A stretch of 32,000 nucleotides of DNA from Bifidobacterium longum subsp. longum JCM 1217 (lineage in GTDB: Bacteria; Actinomycetota; Actinomycetes; Actinomycetales; Bifidobacteriaceae): assembly GCF_000196555.1 (NCBI RefSeq), contig NC_015067.1:1710001-1742000 (forward strand), in the 5' to 3' direction. The translations under genes were made by a program, and so were the position numbers. This document shows, piece by piece, positions 9,742-19,838 of this stretch. The notes under the pieces were generated by a model. It searched no databases. It saw only the letters and a program-made list of their open reading frames with translations, and was not told the DNA's origin. Position 1 is the first letter of the stretch, and each line of letters opens with the position of its first letter.

Positions 9742-10032
9742 ATGCCCCAATATCAGGTAGATTCCGAGCGAATCCAATCATCCTCGGCCGCAGTGGCCAC
9801 TTCGATCTCGCAAATCAGGCAGGCCGTGGGCGGCATGTACACCAATCTCAATGCCTTGCAGGACGCATGGCGAGGTTCGGCGGCCACCCAGTTCACCGCG
9901 GTAGCCGAACAGTGGCGTGCGGCCCAACAGCAGATGGAGGCCTCACTCGAGTCCATCCAACGCTCGCTGACGCAAGCCTCCACCGTGTACGCTGACGCCG
10001 AAATCCAAGCTTCGCGCCTGTTTGCCAGCTAG
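9742..10032 (+). CDS. WXG100-family (ESAT-6/EsxA-like) protein
   Basis: 96 aa. Central W-R-G (tgg at 9868-9870) in the context LQDAWRGSAATQF. C-terminal TVYADAEIQASRLF fits the YxxxD/E export motif. AAAGGAG Shine-Dalgarno at 9730-9736. Confidence 0.88.
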   Translation: MPQYQVDSERIQSSSAAVATSISQIRQAVGGMYTNLNALQDAWRGSAATQFTAVAEQWRAAQQQMEASLESIQRSLTQASTVYADAEIQASRLFAS

Positions 10033-10038
10033 TTTCTT

Positions 10039-10061
10039 GGCTCCCCTCAAAGAGGGGAGCC
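10039..10061 (+). repeat. GCTCCCC-loop-GGGGAGC hairpin downstream of the WXG100 gene (same hairpin family as 463-588; possible terminator)
   Basis: ggctcccc-tcaaaga-ggggagcc, a perfect 8-bp stem. No T-run follows on the + strand. Confidence 0.5.
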
Positions 10062-10068
10062 AGAATAC

Positions 10069-10094
10069 AAAAAAGGGACTCCCGAAGGAGTCCC
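10069..10094 (-). terminator. Intrinsic terminator of groEL
   Basis: On the - strand, gggactcc-ttcg-ggagtccc is followed by TTTTTT (the A-run at 10069-10074 on the + strand). It lies 35 nt after the groEL stop. Confidence 0.8.
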
Positions 10095-10128
10095 CTTTCA
10101 GCTCAATCAGCTAGCGATCGTTTGCGGA

Positions 10129-11826
<1,698 letters not shown>

Positions 11827-11837
11827 TCAGCTGCCGA

Positions 11838-11864
11838 TTATCACTCTCGACCTCCGAGTGCTAA
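11838..11864. promoter_or_regulatory. CIRCE operator (HrcA binding site), copy 1
   Basis: TTATCACTC-N9-GAGTGCTAA. One mismatch to the consensus TTAGCACTC-N9-GAGTGCTAA. Confidence 0.8.
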
Positions 11865-11872
11865 CCCAGACA

Positions 11873-11899
11873 TTAGCACTCGCGCCCGCCGAGTGCCAA
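11873..11899. promoter_or_regulatory. CIRCE operator (HrcA binding site), copy 2
   Basis: TTAGCACTC-N9-GAGTGCCAA, one mismatch to consensus. Located in the cspA-groEL intergenic region. Confidence 0.85.
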
Positions 11900-11991
11900 C
11901 ACCATCGGCGGCGATTGCGCTTTGGGCATGAAAAAGCCCCAACCGTCGAAACGGTCAGGGCCTTCAATGCACATCCTTGCGTGCGTGTTAC

Positions 11992-12231
11992 TCACTCGGA
12001 GCGGGCTTCACCCGAAGACAGCTTGACAACATCCTTTGCCTGCGTGCCTTTGCCGGACGAAGCGGGCGTATACTCCACGCGATCGCCCTCGTACAGCATT
12101 TTGAACTTATTGGTGCTGCCGTCGTCCTTGATTTCCGCGTAGTGCACGAAAACGTCCTCGCCGCCGTCGTCCGGCTGGATAAACCCGAACCCCTTCTTGG
12201 CAAGGAAGAACTTCACGGTACCTTGTGCCAT
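11992..12231 (-). CDS. cspA: Cold shock protein CspA-like
   Basis: 79 aa. MAQGTVKFFLAKKGFGFIQPDDGGEDVFVHYAEI carries RNP1 KGFGFI and RNP2 DVFVH. Same strand as groEL and immediately upstream of it. Confidence 0.92.
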   Translation of the reverse strand: MAQGTVKFFLAKKGFGFIQPDDGGEDVFVHYAEIKDDGSTNKFKMLYEGDRVEYTPASSGKGTQAKDVVKLSSGEARSE

Positions 12232-12460
12232 ATCTGGTCTTTCCTTTGTTCCCTTGGGCGTCGCGACACAAAACCTATAGGGAACGTAGAAAGAACCGCA
12301 TCGCGCTCCCCCTACCTCGCGACTAGATGACGATTGTACAGTGACGAGGGAACAATCTCAACCGCAGTGGCACATTTTCGGTACGAATTATTCCATAGGC
12401 GTGAGAACGCTCACAGTTTTCGATGTATTTCTCGCCGATATCAGGGGCGCATCAACAACG

Positions 12461-13144
12461 CTAGTTGAGCAACACCACCGTAATGGGAACGGCGAGTCCT
12501 TGCACCTGCTCCACAGCCGAAATGCCAAGCGTGGTCGCCACATCCTCAGCGGTGGCCTTATCGGTCTCATTCTGATACCACACCACGGAAGAAGCCGGCA
12601 ATGTGCCGCTCGGATTGGTCGCCTCGACACTGGTGTAACCGGCGGTCTGCAGCACATCGGCCTGCTGACCCGCATATCCTTGGATTCCTGTGGCGTTGAC
12701 CACACGCACCTGCGTGGCCTTATTCACAGTCGCGATGGCTTCGGACTGCTGAGACTGCTGATCGGAGTTTTGATTCTCATTCGAGGATGTCGTGTCACTG
12801 TCGGTATCGGACTTTGCCGAATCCGAAGTCGAGTCCTTGGACGAATCGGTCGAAGTGGACGAGGAATCATCCTTGGTGCTGTTCTTGGTCTCAGCCTTGC
12901 TGGACGAATCGGACTTGGACGTGGTCGCCGTCTGGGACGATCCTCCCACTACATTCTTGTATTCTCCGGAAATCCATGCCCAGGCCCCGACACCGCACAG
13001 CGCGGCCACCAGAATAACGACGATGAACGGGCAGAGGCGGGCCATTACCGAACGAGCGCCACGGTGAACTCCCACCGGTCCCTTCGGAGGATTGTCGAAG
13101 GAATCCGGTTCATAGGATTCGTAGGTCATCGTGTCGCGTGCCAT
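12461..13144 (-). CDS. LytR_C-domain membrane protein
   Basis: 227 aa. One TM helix (LCPFIVVILVAALCGVGAWAW), a Ser/Asp/Thr-rich linker, and a C-terminal QVRVVNATGIQGYAGQQADVLQTAGYTSVEATN...VVWYQ block typical of LytR C-terminal domains. Confidence 0.7.
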   Translation of the reverse strand: MARDTMTYESYEPDSFDNPPKGPVGVHRGARSVMARLCPFIVVILVAALCGVGAWAWISGEYKNVVGGSSQTATTSKSDSSSKAETKNSTKDDSSSTSTDSSKDSTSDSAKSDTDSDTTSSNENQNSDQQSQQSEAIATVNKATQVRVVNATGIQGYAGQQADVLQTAGYTSVEATNPSGTLPASSVVWYQNETDKATAEDVATTLGISAVEQVQGLAVPITVVLLN

Positions 13145-13259
13145 AATCGCCCTTTCTTCCTATCAAAACTACCCATGAGTGTAATCGGCAAACAACTCAT
13201 CAGTCCACCACACCACGCCCCATGCACCGGATATGCACGTTTGACTACAGTGGTGAGTC

Positions 13260-13949
13260 ATGATCAAACCATTGAGCGAACTGGTAGAGCCAGGGTGGGC
13301 CCATGCCTTGGCCGACGTGGAGCCCACCATCCACCATATGGGCGATTTTCTTCGTGCGGAAAACGCCGCCGGGCGCCCGTGGCTGCCGGCAAGCCACAAT
13401 ATTCTGCGCGCGTTCACCATCCCGTTCGATTCCATCAAGGTGCTGATTGTCGGCCAGGACCCCTACCCGACCCCGGGTCACCCGGTGGGTTTGAGCTTCT
13501 GCGTGGCGCCAAATGTTCACCCGCTGCCGAAAAGCCTGATCAATATTTATAAGGAATTGGTTGACGACCTTGGGGTGCCCATGCCCACCAACGGCGATCT
13601 GACACCGTGGACGGAACGTGGGGTGATGTTGCTCAACAGATGTCTGACTGTCGGCGTCGGGCGGCCAAATTCGCATCAGGGCAAAGGCTGGGAGGAAGTC
13701 ACCGAGGCCGCGATTCGTGCGTTGAACGCGCGCACGGACGCCGACGGCAAGCCCCAGCCGCTGGTGGCGATTCTCTGGGGGCGTAATGCGCAAAGCCTCG
13801 AGCCATTGCTGACCAATGCCTTCATTATCAAATCGCCTCATCCGAGTCCGCTGTCCGCTTCCCGCGGATTCTTCGGCTCCAAACCATTCTCCAGAGCCAA
13901 TCAAGCCCTAGTCACCATGGGTGCCGACCCGGTGGATTGGACTCTTTAG
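13260..13949 (+). CDS. ung: Uracil-DNA glycosylase (family 1)
   Basis: 229 aa. Motif [21 protein letters not shown] and motif B HPSPLSA. Confidence 0.95.
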   Translation: MIKPLSELVEPGWAHALADVEPTIHHMGDFLRAENAAGRPWLPASHNILRAFTIPFDSIKVLIVGQDPYPTPGHPVGLSFCVAPNVHPLPKSLINIYKELVDDLGVPMPTNGDLTPWTERGVMLLNRCLTVGVGRPNSHQGKGWEEVTEAAIRALNARTDADGKPQPLVAILWGRNAQSLEPLLTNAFIIKSPHPSPLSASRGFFGSKPFSRANQALVTMGADPVDWTL

Positions 13950-13979
13950 GCAGGCCAACAGTCATTGTGAGTAGTTACA

Positions 13980-15068
13980 GTGGGGGGCATGACTTTGTTC
14001 CCCACGCAACCGAACATACCTTCGCCGACCACCGCCGCACGACCGGTCGCCGTTCCCGCGCCCGGCGTGTCGGCTCCGCTGGGTGCCGATGACGCCAAAC
14101 GCGCACGTATCCTGGCCGACGCCATTCGGGCGAGGTTCGCCCAGACACTGGTGGGTCAGGATAATCTACGCGAATCGCTTATCGTGACCTTGGTGGCCGG
14201 CGGGCATATTCTTATCGAATCCGTGCCGGGCTTGGCCAAGACCACGGCCGCCCAGACGCTCGCCACCTGCGTATCCGGCTCGTTCAAGCGCGTGCAGTGC
14301 ACTCCTGATCTCATGCCATCTGATCTGGTGGGCACGCAGGTCTTCGATTTTGCGTCGCAGAAGTTCACCACGCAGATCGGTCCGATTCACGCCAATTTCG
14401 TACTGCTGGACGAGATCAACCGTTCGAATGCCAAAACCCAGTCCGCCATGCTTGAGGCCATGGCCGAGGGTGCCACGACCATCGGCGGGCAGCGTATCGC
14501 CTTGCCCAAGCCGTTCATGGTGATCGCCACCGAGAATCCGATCGAGGAGGAGGGCACGTTCAACCTGCCCGAAGCCCAGATGGATCGTTTCATGATGAAG
14601 GCCGTCATGACCTATCCTTCGCCCGACGAAGAGGCTCGGATGCTGGCCATGCTCACCCGCCGCGGCTCCGATATGATCGGTCCCGACACCATCACCGGCG
14701 AACGCATTTCCGTGTCCGACGTTGATTTTTTGCGCAAGGCGGCACGCCGCGTGCATGTTTCCGACGCGATCATGCGTTATGCGGTCGATATCACCGCCAC
14801 GTCACGAGGTGCCGGCTCCCGCCCCATCAAGGGACTGTCGTCCTTGGTGCGTTTGGGCGCCTCGCCGCGCGCCACCATCGCCTTGACCCGTATCGGCCAG
14901 GCGAAGGCGTTGCTGTCCGGGCGCGACTATGTGGTACCCGAGGACCTCAAGGCGTTCGCTCATGAGGTGCTGCGCCACCGTATTATGCTGACGTTCGAGG
15001 CACTGGCCGATGGCGTGGTCAGCGATCAGATCGTCGACAAGATCGTCGAAACGGTTCCTGTTCCGTGA
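13980..15068 (+). CDS. MoxR-family AAA+ ATPase
   Basis: Walker A ESVPGLAKTTAAQ, Walker B FVLLDEINRSNAKTQSAMLEAM, and C-terminal ...GASPRATIAL.... Start is GTG 13980 or ATG 13989. Confidence 0.9.
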   Translation: MGGMTLFPTQPNIPSPTTAARPVAVPAPGVSAPLGADDAKRARILADAIRARFAQTLVGQDNLRESLIVTLVAGGHILIESVPGLAKTTAAQTLATCVSGSFKRVQCTPDLMPSDLVGTQVFDFASQKFTTQIGPIHANFVLLDEINRSNAKTQSAMLEAMAEGATTIGGQRIALPKPFMVIATENPIEEEGTFNLPEAQMDRFMMKAVMTYPSPDEEARMLAMLTRRGSDMIGPDTITGERISVSDVDFLRKAARRVHVSDAIMRYAVDITATSRGAGSRPIKGLSSLVRLGASPRATIALTRIGQAKALLSGRDYVVPEDLKAFAHEVLRHRIMLTFEALADGVVSDQIVDKIVETVPVP

Positions 15069-16015
15069 GTTCCGATTCCGTTCGCAAGAAGATCGAGGCC
15101 CTTGGCACTCAGCTGAGCCTGCCTACCGTAAGGAAGGCTTTGGGCGCGCTGGAGGGCGAACACGCATCCGGGCGTCGCGGCGGCAGCGGCGATGCGATGG
15201 ATGTGCATGCCTATGAGCCAGGCGACGAATCCCGTCTTATCGATTGGAAGACCAGCGCCCGCCAAGGCCGCCCCATGGTGGTCGAGCGCGAGCGCCTGTC
15301 GACGTCACGGGTCTGGTTGCTGATGGACGTGGGCCTGGAGATGACTGGCGTATGCCCTTCCGGAGAACGCGCATGGCAGGTTGCCGCCAATGCGCTGCGT
15401 ATGTTCGCCGCACTGTCGTTGCGCCGGTCGGACGATATTTCGCTGGTGTTCGGCGATGAGTCCAGTATCACCCGCGTGCCGTTCAACGGTGGGTTCGCGC
15501 AGTTCGAACGCACGCTGGACAAGGCGCTTGACCGTGATTGGGATCATCACCGTAATATCGACGCGCTGCTGGAATATGCGCGCCGTATCAAGGATCGCGA
15601 GGCATTGATCGTATTGGCCACCGATGAGCATGCGATGGAGGAGCGGCATATCACCACGATCCGTCGTATTACCCGCACCCATCCGATGGTGCTGATCGAT
15701 GTGGCGACGATGAATCCGTTCAAGGCCGTCTCATCCCGCCACGCTCCCACCGACGGCTTGAGTGCACGGCGTGTGCCGGCATTCCTGCGCAACGCCAAGG
15801 CAGCGGCCGAGGTCGATACTCATCGCGCGTATATGGCCGCGGCTTTGGAACAGGAGCTCACCCGTGCCGGTTCCCATATCATTCGATCCGCATCCAGCGA
15901 ATCCATGTTCGATCGTTTCGTCGCCCTGGTGTCCCGGGCATTGGCCCGCACCACACGCAATAGACTGGGTACTGCACCCGAACTGGTCGGACTGACTTTG
16001 GCTGGTGATCTATGA
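15065..16015 (+). CDS. DUF58 domain protein (MoxR-associated)
   Basis: 316 aa. Signature HAYEPGDESRLIDWKTSARQGRPMVVERE. GTG start overlaps the moxR stop (GTGA at 15065-15068). Confidence 0.85.
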   Translation: MSSDSVRKKIEALGTQLSLPTVRKALGALEGEHASGRRGGSGDAMDVHAYEPGDESRLIDWKTSARQGRPMVVERERLSTSRVWLLMDVGLEMTGVCPSGERAWQVAANALRMFAALSLRRSDDISLVFGDESSITRVPFNGGFAQFERTLDKALDRDWDHHRNIDALLEYARRIKDREALIVLATDEHAMEERHITTIRRITRTHPMVLIDVATMNPFKAVSSRHAPTDGLSARRVPAFLRNAKAAAEVDTHRAYMAAALEQELTRAGSHIIRSASSESMFDRFVALVSRALARTTRNRLGTAPELVGLTLAGDL

Positions 16016-16566
16016 TGCACAGCATGTTCCCCATCATCCCGCTCGCCACTGATCCCGGCGATCTCAGGCCCGTGGAGTCGTTGGCCTTGACCACTCCCCT
16101 GGTGGTGGCCATCATCGCATGCCTGTTGCTGGCGGTAGGTCTGATCGCGTTGATCATCATGCTGTCTCGCCCCGCACGCAAACCTCGGAACAGCGACCGC
16201 GCGCGTGGCGCTCATAGCAATGCCAGCTCCAAGGCCGAGTGGCGTGCCCGCATCGACGATGTGGTGGCCCGTCATGAATCCGGAGCACTGCCCCGGCATG
16301 AGGCTTTCGTCGAATTGTCCGTCATCGCCCGTGATTTCGCCGGTGCCGCATCAGGCAAGGAGCTTAGTTCCAGTACGCTGACCGATTTGGCGTACCTGAA
16401 TCGCACGCCCGCGAATCGCCAAGGATTGGACGCATTGAAGCAGACCATTGGCGCGTTGTATCCACCGGAATTTGCCGATGATGCCCGCAACCGAATCGCC
16501 CAGACGACCAGCGTGCAGCAGGCCGCCGAGTGGGTGGCGAATCTGGTGGAAAGGTGGCGTTCATGA
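16012..16566 (+). CDS. Single-pass membrane protein of the MoxR/vWA operon (occupies the DUF4381-like position of Bat-type operons)
   Basis: 184 aa. TM helix LVVAIIACLLLAVGLIALIIML. ATGA overlap with the DUF58 gene at 16012-16015. No recognisable catalytic motif. Confidence 0.6.
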   Translation: MMHSMFPIIPLATDPGDLRPVESLALTTPLVVAIIACLLLAVGLIALIIMLSRPARKPRNSDRARGAHSNASSKAEWRARIDDVVARHESGALPRHEAFVELSVIARDFAGAASGKELSSSTLTDLAYLNRTPANRQGLDALKQTIGALYPPEFADDARNRIAQTTSVQQAAEWVANLVERWRS

Positions 16567-17621
16567 TGCTGGCATGGCATTGGCCTTGGGCCGCTCTGGC
16601 CGGCGTCTTGGCGACGCTGGCGATTATCGTGCTGATTGTCGTGTTCGCCCGCCGTAACGCCGCCGACGACACCCCTGTATTCTCGATGGACGACGATCTC
16701 AATACCGAGCACGCTTCCCGCCTGTTCCGTCAATGGCGCGCTTTGGGCCGTCTCGCCATCAGCGTGCTGGTGCTTGCGCTGGCGCTGGCCATTGTGCTGG
16801 TGGCTCGCCCCAGCCAAGTGGATGCCGGTGACGAACGCGCTTCCAGCCGAGATATCGTCCTGTGTCTGGATGTGTCGGGGTCCACGCTCCCCTATGATCG
16901 CGAGGTCATCGACACCTATTTGGAACTGGTCAAGCATTTCGAGGGGGAACGTATCGGTTTGAGTATCTTCAACTCGACCTCACGCACGGTGTTCCCGCTG
17001 ACCGACGACTACGAACTGGTCACCAAACAGTTGACCTCCGCCAGCAAGGCGCTGAAAGGCGTCGAGTCGCAGGATGACATCGATAAGATGTCCGATGCCG
17101 AATATCAGGACATCGCCAATTGGCTCGAAGGCACGCAGAACCGCAAGGACGCCACCTCCTTGATTGGCGACGGCGTGGTGTCTTGCGCGGCGATGCTCCC
17201 CGGTTTCGCTTATGGCGAAGCCAATCATGCGAATGCCGACCGTCAGCGTGCGGCATCCATCGTGCTGGCCACCGACAACGTCGTGTCGGGCAAGCCCACC
17301 TATTCGCTGACCGAAGCGTTGGATTTGACCCAGCAGACCAAAATCACCGTGGACGGCCTGTATTCCGGGCCGAAAGCCAGTGAATCGGACCAAACCACAA
17401 CGGATATGAAGTCCGCGATCGAGTCGCATGGAGGCATCTTCCTCACCCAATCGAATGGCGCGTCGATAGATGAGCTGGTACGGGATATTCAGTCGCGTAG
17501 AGATACGGATGTGGAGAACAAGGCGAAATCCTCGATGGTGGACGCTCCCGGTCTGTGGACGCTTGCTCTGGCCGTGATACTCATTATCTGGATCGTATGT
17601 GCATGGAGGTTGAGGCGATGA
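16563..17621 (+). CDS. vWA-domain membrane protein (BatA-like), N- and C-terminal TM helices
   Basis: MIDAS motif in IVLCLDVSGSTLPYD. ATG 16563 overlaps the preceding stop (ATGA). The ORF-track start at 16530 is less likely. Confidence 0.8.
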   Translation: MMLAWHWPWAALAGVLATLAIIVLIVVFARRNAADDTPVFSMDDDLNTEHASRLFRQWRALGRLAISVLVLALALAIVLVARPSQVDAGDERASSRDIVLCLDVSGSTLPYDREVIDTYLELVKHFEGERIGLSIFNSTSRTVFPLTDDYELVTKQLTSASKALKGVESQDDIDKMSDAEYQDIANWLEGTQNRKDATSLIGDGVVSCAAMLPGFAYGEANHANADRQRAASIVLATDNVVSGKPTYSLTEALDLTQQTKITVDGLYSGPKASESDQTTTDMKSAIESHGGIFLTQSNGASIDELVRDIQSRRDTDVENKAKSSMVDAPGLWTLALAVILIIWIVCAWRLRR

Positions 17622-18649
17622 ACGGATTCACCTTCTCCCCCGCCTTGGGCTGGGTCGCCGGCGGACTGCTGGCGGCCGGGCTCGCCGTACTGGCCATTCT
17701 CGAAATCGCATTATTTGTTCGTCGCCGTGCTTCCAGTGACGAGACCGTGTGGGCTTGCATACGACGTACGCTTATGCTGCTCATCGTCGCGGTGATGGTA
17801 CTGACTCCCAGCGTGGTATCGTCTACCACCTCACAGGCCATCAATGCCACCGACGTCATCGTGGCGGTGGATACCACCGGGTCGATGGCGGTGGCCGATG
17901 CCACATACGGGTCCGAGAAGACCATTACCCGCATCGATGCCGCACGTCAGGCCGTGCATGATGTGACCGCCGCTTATCCGGACGCCAGTTTCGCGGCGTT
18001 ACGGTTCGGTGCTTCGGGAACGCTTGATGTGCCGCTGACCCCGGATGCGCCGGCCATCGATAATTGGGCCAACACGTTGGCGGTGGAAGCCACATCCGTG
18101 TCAGCGGGCTCCAGTCTGGATGCTCCGATCGATCAATTGCTGCTGACCGCGAAGTCGATTCGTGAAGCGCACCCGGATGATGCGATTGTGCTGTACCTCA
18201 TCACTGACGGCGAACAGACCTCGAATGTGACGCGTCGTACGTTCTCGTCACTGCGCCAGTATCTCAATGATGGGTTTACCGTGGGCGTCGGCTCGACCGA
18301 GGGCGGCAAGATTCCCGTCATCGCCGATGGCGTCAGTGCCGGCGATTCCAACACCACGGACCACTGGGTGGTCGACCCGGATACCGGCGAACCCGGCATC
18401 TCCAAGATGGATGAGAAGAACCTTAAAGACATTGCCGACGAGATCAGTGGCACGTATGTGGCCGTGAACGCTTCACAGACTTTGGCGGATTCGGTTTCGG
18501 CCAAGTCATCGAAGCAGTGGCGCATGACCACCACGGTCAAGGAGCGCACACGCACCACGCCGGTGGTATGGCCGCTGGCCATTGCGTTGGCGATATTGCT
18601 TGCCATGGAAGTCGGTGCATGGATCGCAACCTCAAGGAGACTGCTGTGA
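17618..18649 (+). CDS. Second vWA-domain membrane protein (BatB-like)
   Basis: MIDAS variant in VIVAVDTTGSMAVAD. Two N-terminal TM helices and one C-terminal TM helix. ATG 17618 overlaps the preceding stop (ATGA at 17618-17621). Confidence 0.8.
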   Translation: MNGFTFSPALGWVAGGLLAAGLAVLAILEIALFVRRRASSDETVWACIRRTLMLLIVAVMVLTPSVVSSTTSQAINATDVIVAVDTTGSMAVADATYGSEKTITRIDAARQAVHDVTAAYPDASFAALRFGASGTLDVPLTPDAPAIDNWANTLAVEATSVSAGSSLDAPIDQLLLTAKSIREAHPDDAIVLYLITDGEQTSNVTRRTFSSLRQYLNDGFTVGVGSTEGGKIPVIADGVSAGDSNTTDHWVVDPDTGEPGISKMDEKNLKDIADEISGTYVAVNASQTLADSVSAKSSKQWRMTTTVKERTRTTPVVWPLAIALAILLAMEVGAWIATSRRLL

Positions 18650-19248
18650 GAAACAGTAACGAAATCCACGAGAACGATGGCTCGGCGAATACTCGGATGC
18701 GGGCGAAGTGCCCGCTTTGGACACGTATCGTCCTGGCTTGTGGCGCCGTATTGCTGTTGCTGGTTGCCGGCGTGGCGGCAGTAAACCTGTCCGCTTCGAT
18801 TACGTTCAATCAGGCCACCGCATCATTGAACGCCAATATCAAAGCGGCTCAGGACGAGTCCACGGATATCACCACGCTCAAGGCGCAACAGCAGCAGACC
18901 GATGCGCAATTCGCCGAGGCCGGGCGAATGCGCACGCTTCTGTTGCCGCAAGTCAAGGACGCCATCGACGCCAATGCTTCGATTTCTTCCGAGCTGACAA
19001 AGATCACCCTGAAACAGGCCGAGGCGCAGAACAGCGGTTCCGATTCCGGGCAAGCCCAGTCGGCACAGCAATCCGAGAGTTCCTCATCCAATGCCAAAAA
19101 GGGCGGCGCGTTGACCGACGAACAGAAGAAGCAGGTCGAGGAGCTGATGAAGGCCAATCAGCAATCCACCGATACCCAGTCGAACACCACCCAATCCGAG
19201 CAGAAAGCGACGCAGAACAAGGGTACCGGGGCCACCAAGCCGTGGTAA
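18646..19248 (+). CDS. Single-pass membrane protein with a coiled-coil, Gln/Ser-rich ectodomain (last gene of the MoxR/vWA operon)
   Basis: GTG 18646 overlaps the preceding TGA (GTGA) and follows an AAGGAGA Shine-Dalgarno at 18634-18640. TM helix IVLACGAVLLLLVAGVAAV. Q-rich, low-complexity tail. The ORF-track start at 18517 lies inside the previous gene. Confidence 0.6.
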   Translation: MRNSNEIHENDGSANTRMRAKCPLWTRIVLACGAVLLLLVAGVAAVNLSASITFNQATASLNANIKAAQDESTDITTLKAQQQQTDAQFAEAGRMRTLLLPQVKDAIDANASISSELTKITLKQAEAQNSGSDSGQAQSAQQSESSSSNAKKGGALTDEQKKQVEELMKANQQSTDTQSNTTQSEQKATQNKGTGATKPW

Positions 19249-19490
19249 GCAGTCGTTCACAGTTGTTCTTTTTCTCACACCCTCATGGGTCATGGCCTTA
19301 TCGCGGCTGTTTCCCGGTTTCGGCTGTCGGCTTTGACGTTTGTCCAATTTTTCGATAGGCCATGGCTGATCCAAGGTATGTCCAAACAGGCTATTTGTGG
19401 ATAATCGTTACGACTATGCACAACACTTGGGGATAACTTCGCCCAAAATCGGCAAGCTAGAACCACATTGGTCGTTCCGGCTGGACAAGC

Positions 19491-19838
19491 ATGAGTCCTG
19501 TCCTTTTAGCTGGATATATGAATACCTACACCAGCAACCCAGCACCCATCGATCCCACCGGCGGCTTTGCCGACAATACGGTGACGCCGTTCGATTACGG
19601 CACTTGCCCTTGCCATGCGGCGGTACAGCGTAGTCGCGACCTCGTGTCCGTCCAGCGTGCGGCCACACTGGCGCAATCGGACCAGACGGCGGTGGCCGTG
19701 AACCGCTCCAGCAACATCGTGTGGACCGGTAAAGCCGCCGATCTATTCCGATCGCGGCTCAGTCGCACCGCACAGTATTCGGCCAGTCTCGCGCAAGACA
19801 TGGAGACCACCCACCGATTGGCTTGGGGGTCATCATGA
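19491..19838 (+). CDS. Small WXG-like helical protein, translationally coupled to the downstream hydrolase
   Basis: 115 aa (alternative ATG at 19518, where codon GC3 rises). W-T-G at 19722-19730 in the context NIVWTGKAADLFRSRLSRTAQY. Its TGA overlaps the next ATG (ATGA at 19835-19838). Confidence 0.6.
   Translation: MSPVLLAGYMNTYTSNPAPIDPTGGFADNTVTPFDYGTCPCHAAVQRSRDLVSVQRAATLAQSDQTAVAVNRSSNIVWTGKAADLFRSRLSRTAQYSASLAQDMETTHRLAWGSS

Noticed and set aside
12341-13552. 403-aa + strand ORF spanning the LytR_C gene, an intergenic region and the start of ung
   Set aside because: It crosses a divergent promoter region and overlaps two well-supported genes. Its Arg/Gly-rich translation has no domains.
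19310-19317. The octamer tttcccgg is shared between the left edge of the accessory stretch and the palindrome arms at 22118-22196, considered as possible att-like direct repeats
   Set aside because: An 8-mer match is expected by chance in 32 kb of GC-rich DNA. No integrase or longer flanking repeat is visible.
19249-19490. 242-nt intergenic region scanned for a tRNA, small RNA or terminator
   Set aside because: No cloverleaf-compatible sequence and no convincing stem plus T-run. There is only a modest AT-rich patch, probably the promoter region of the 19491 gene pair.
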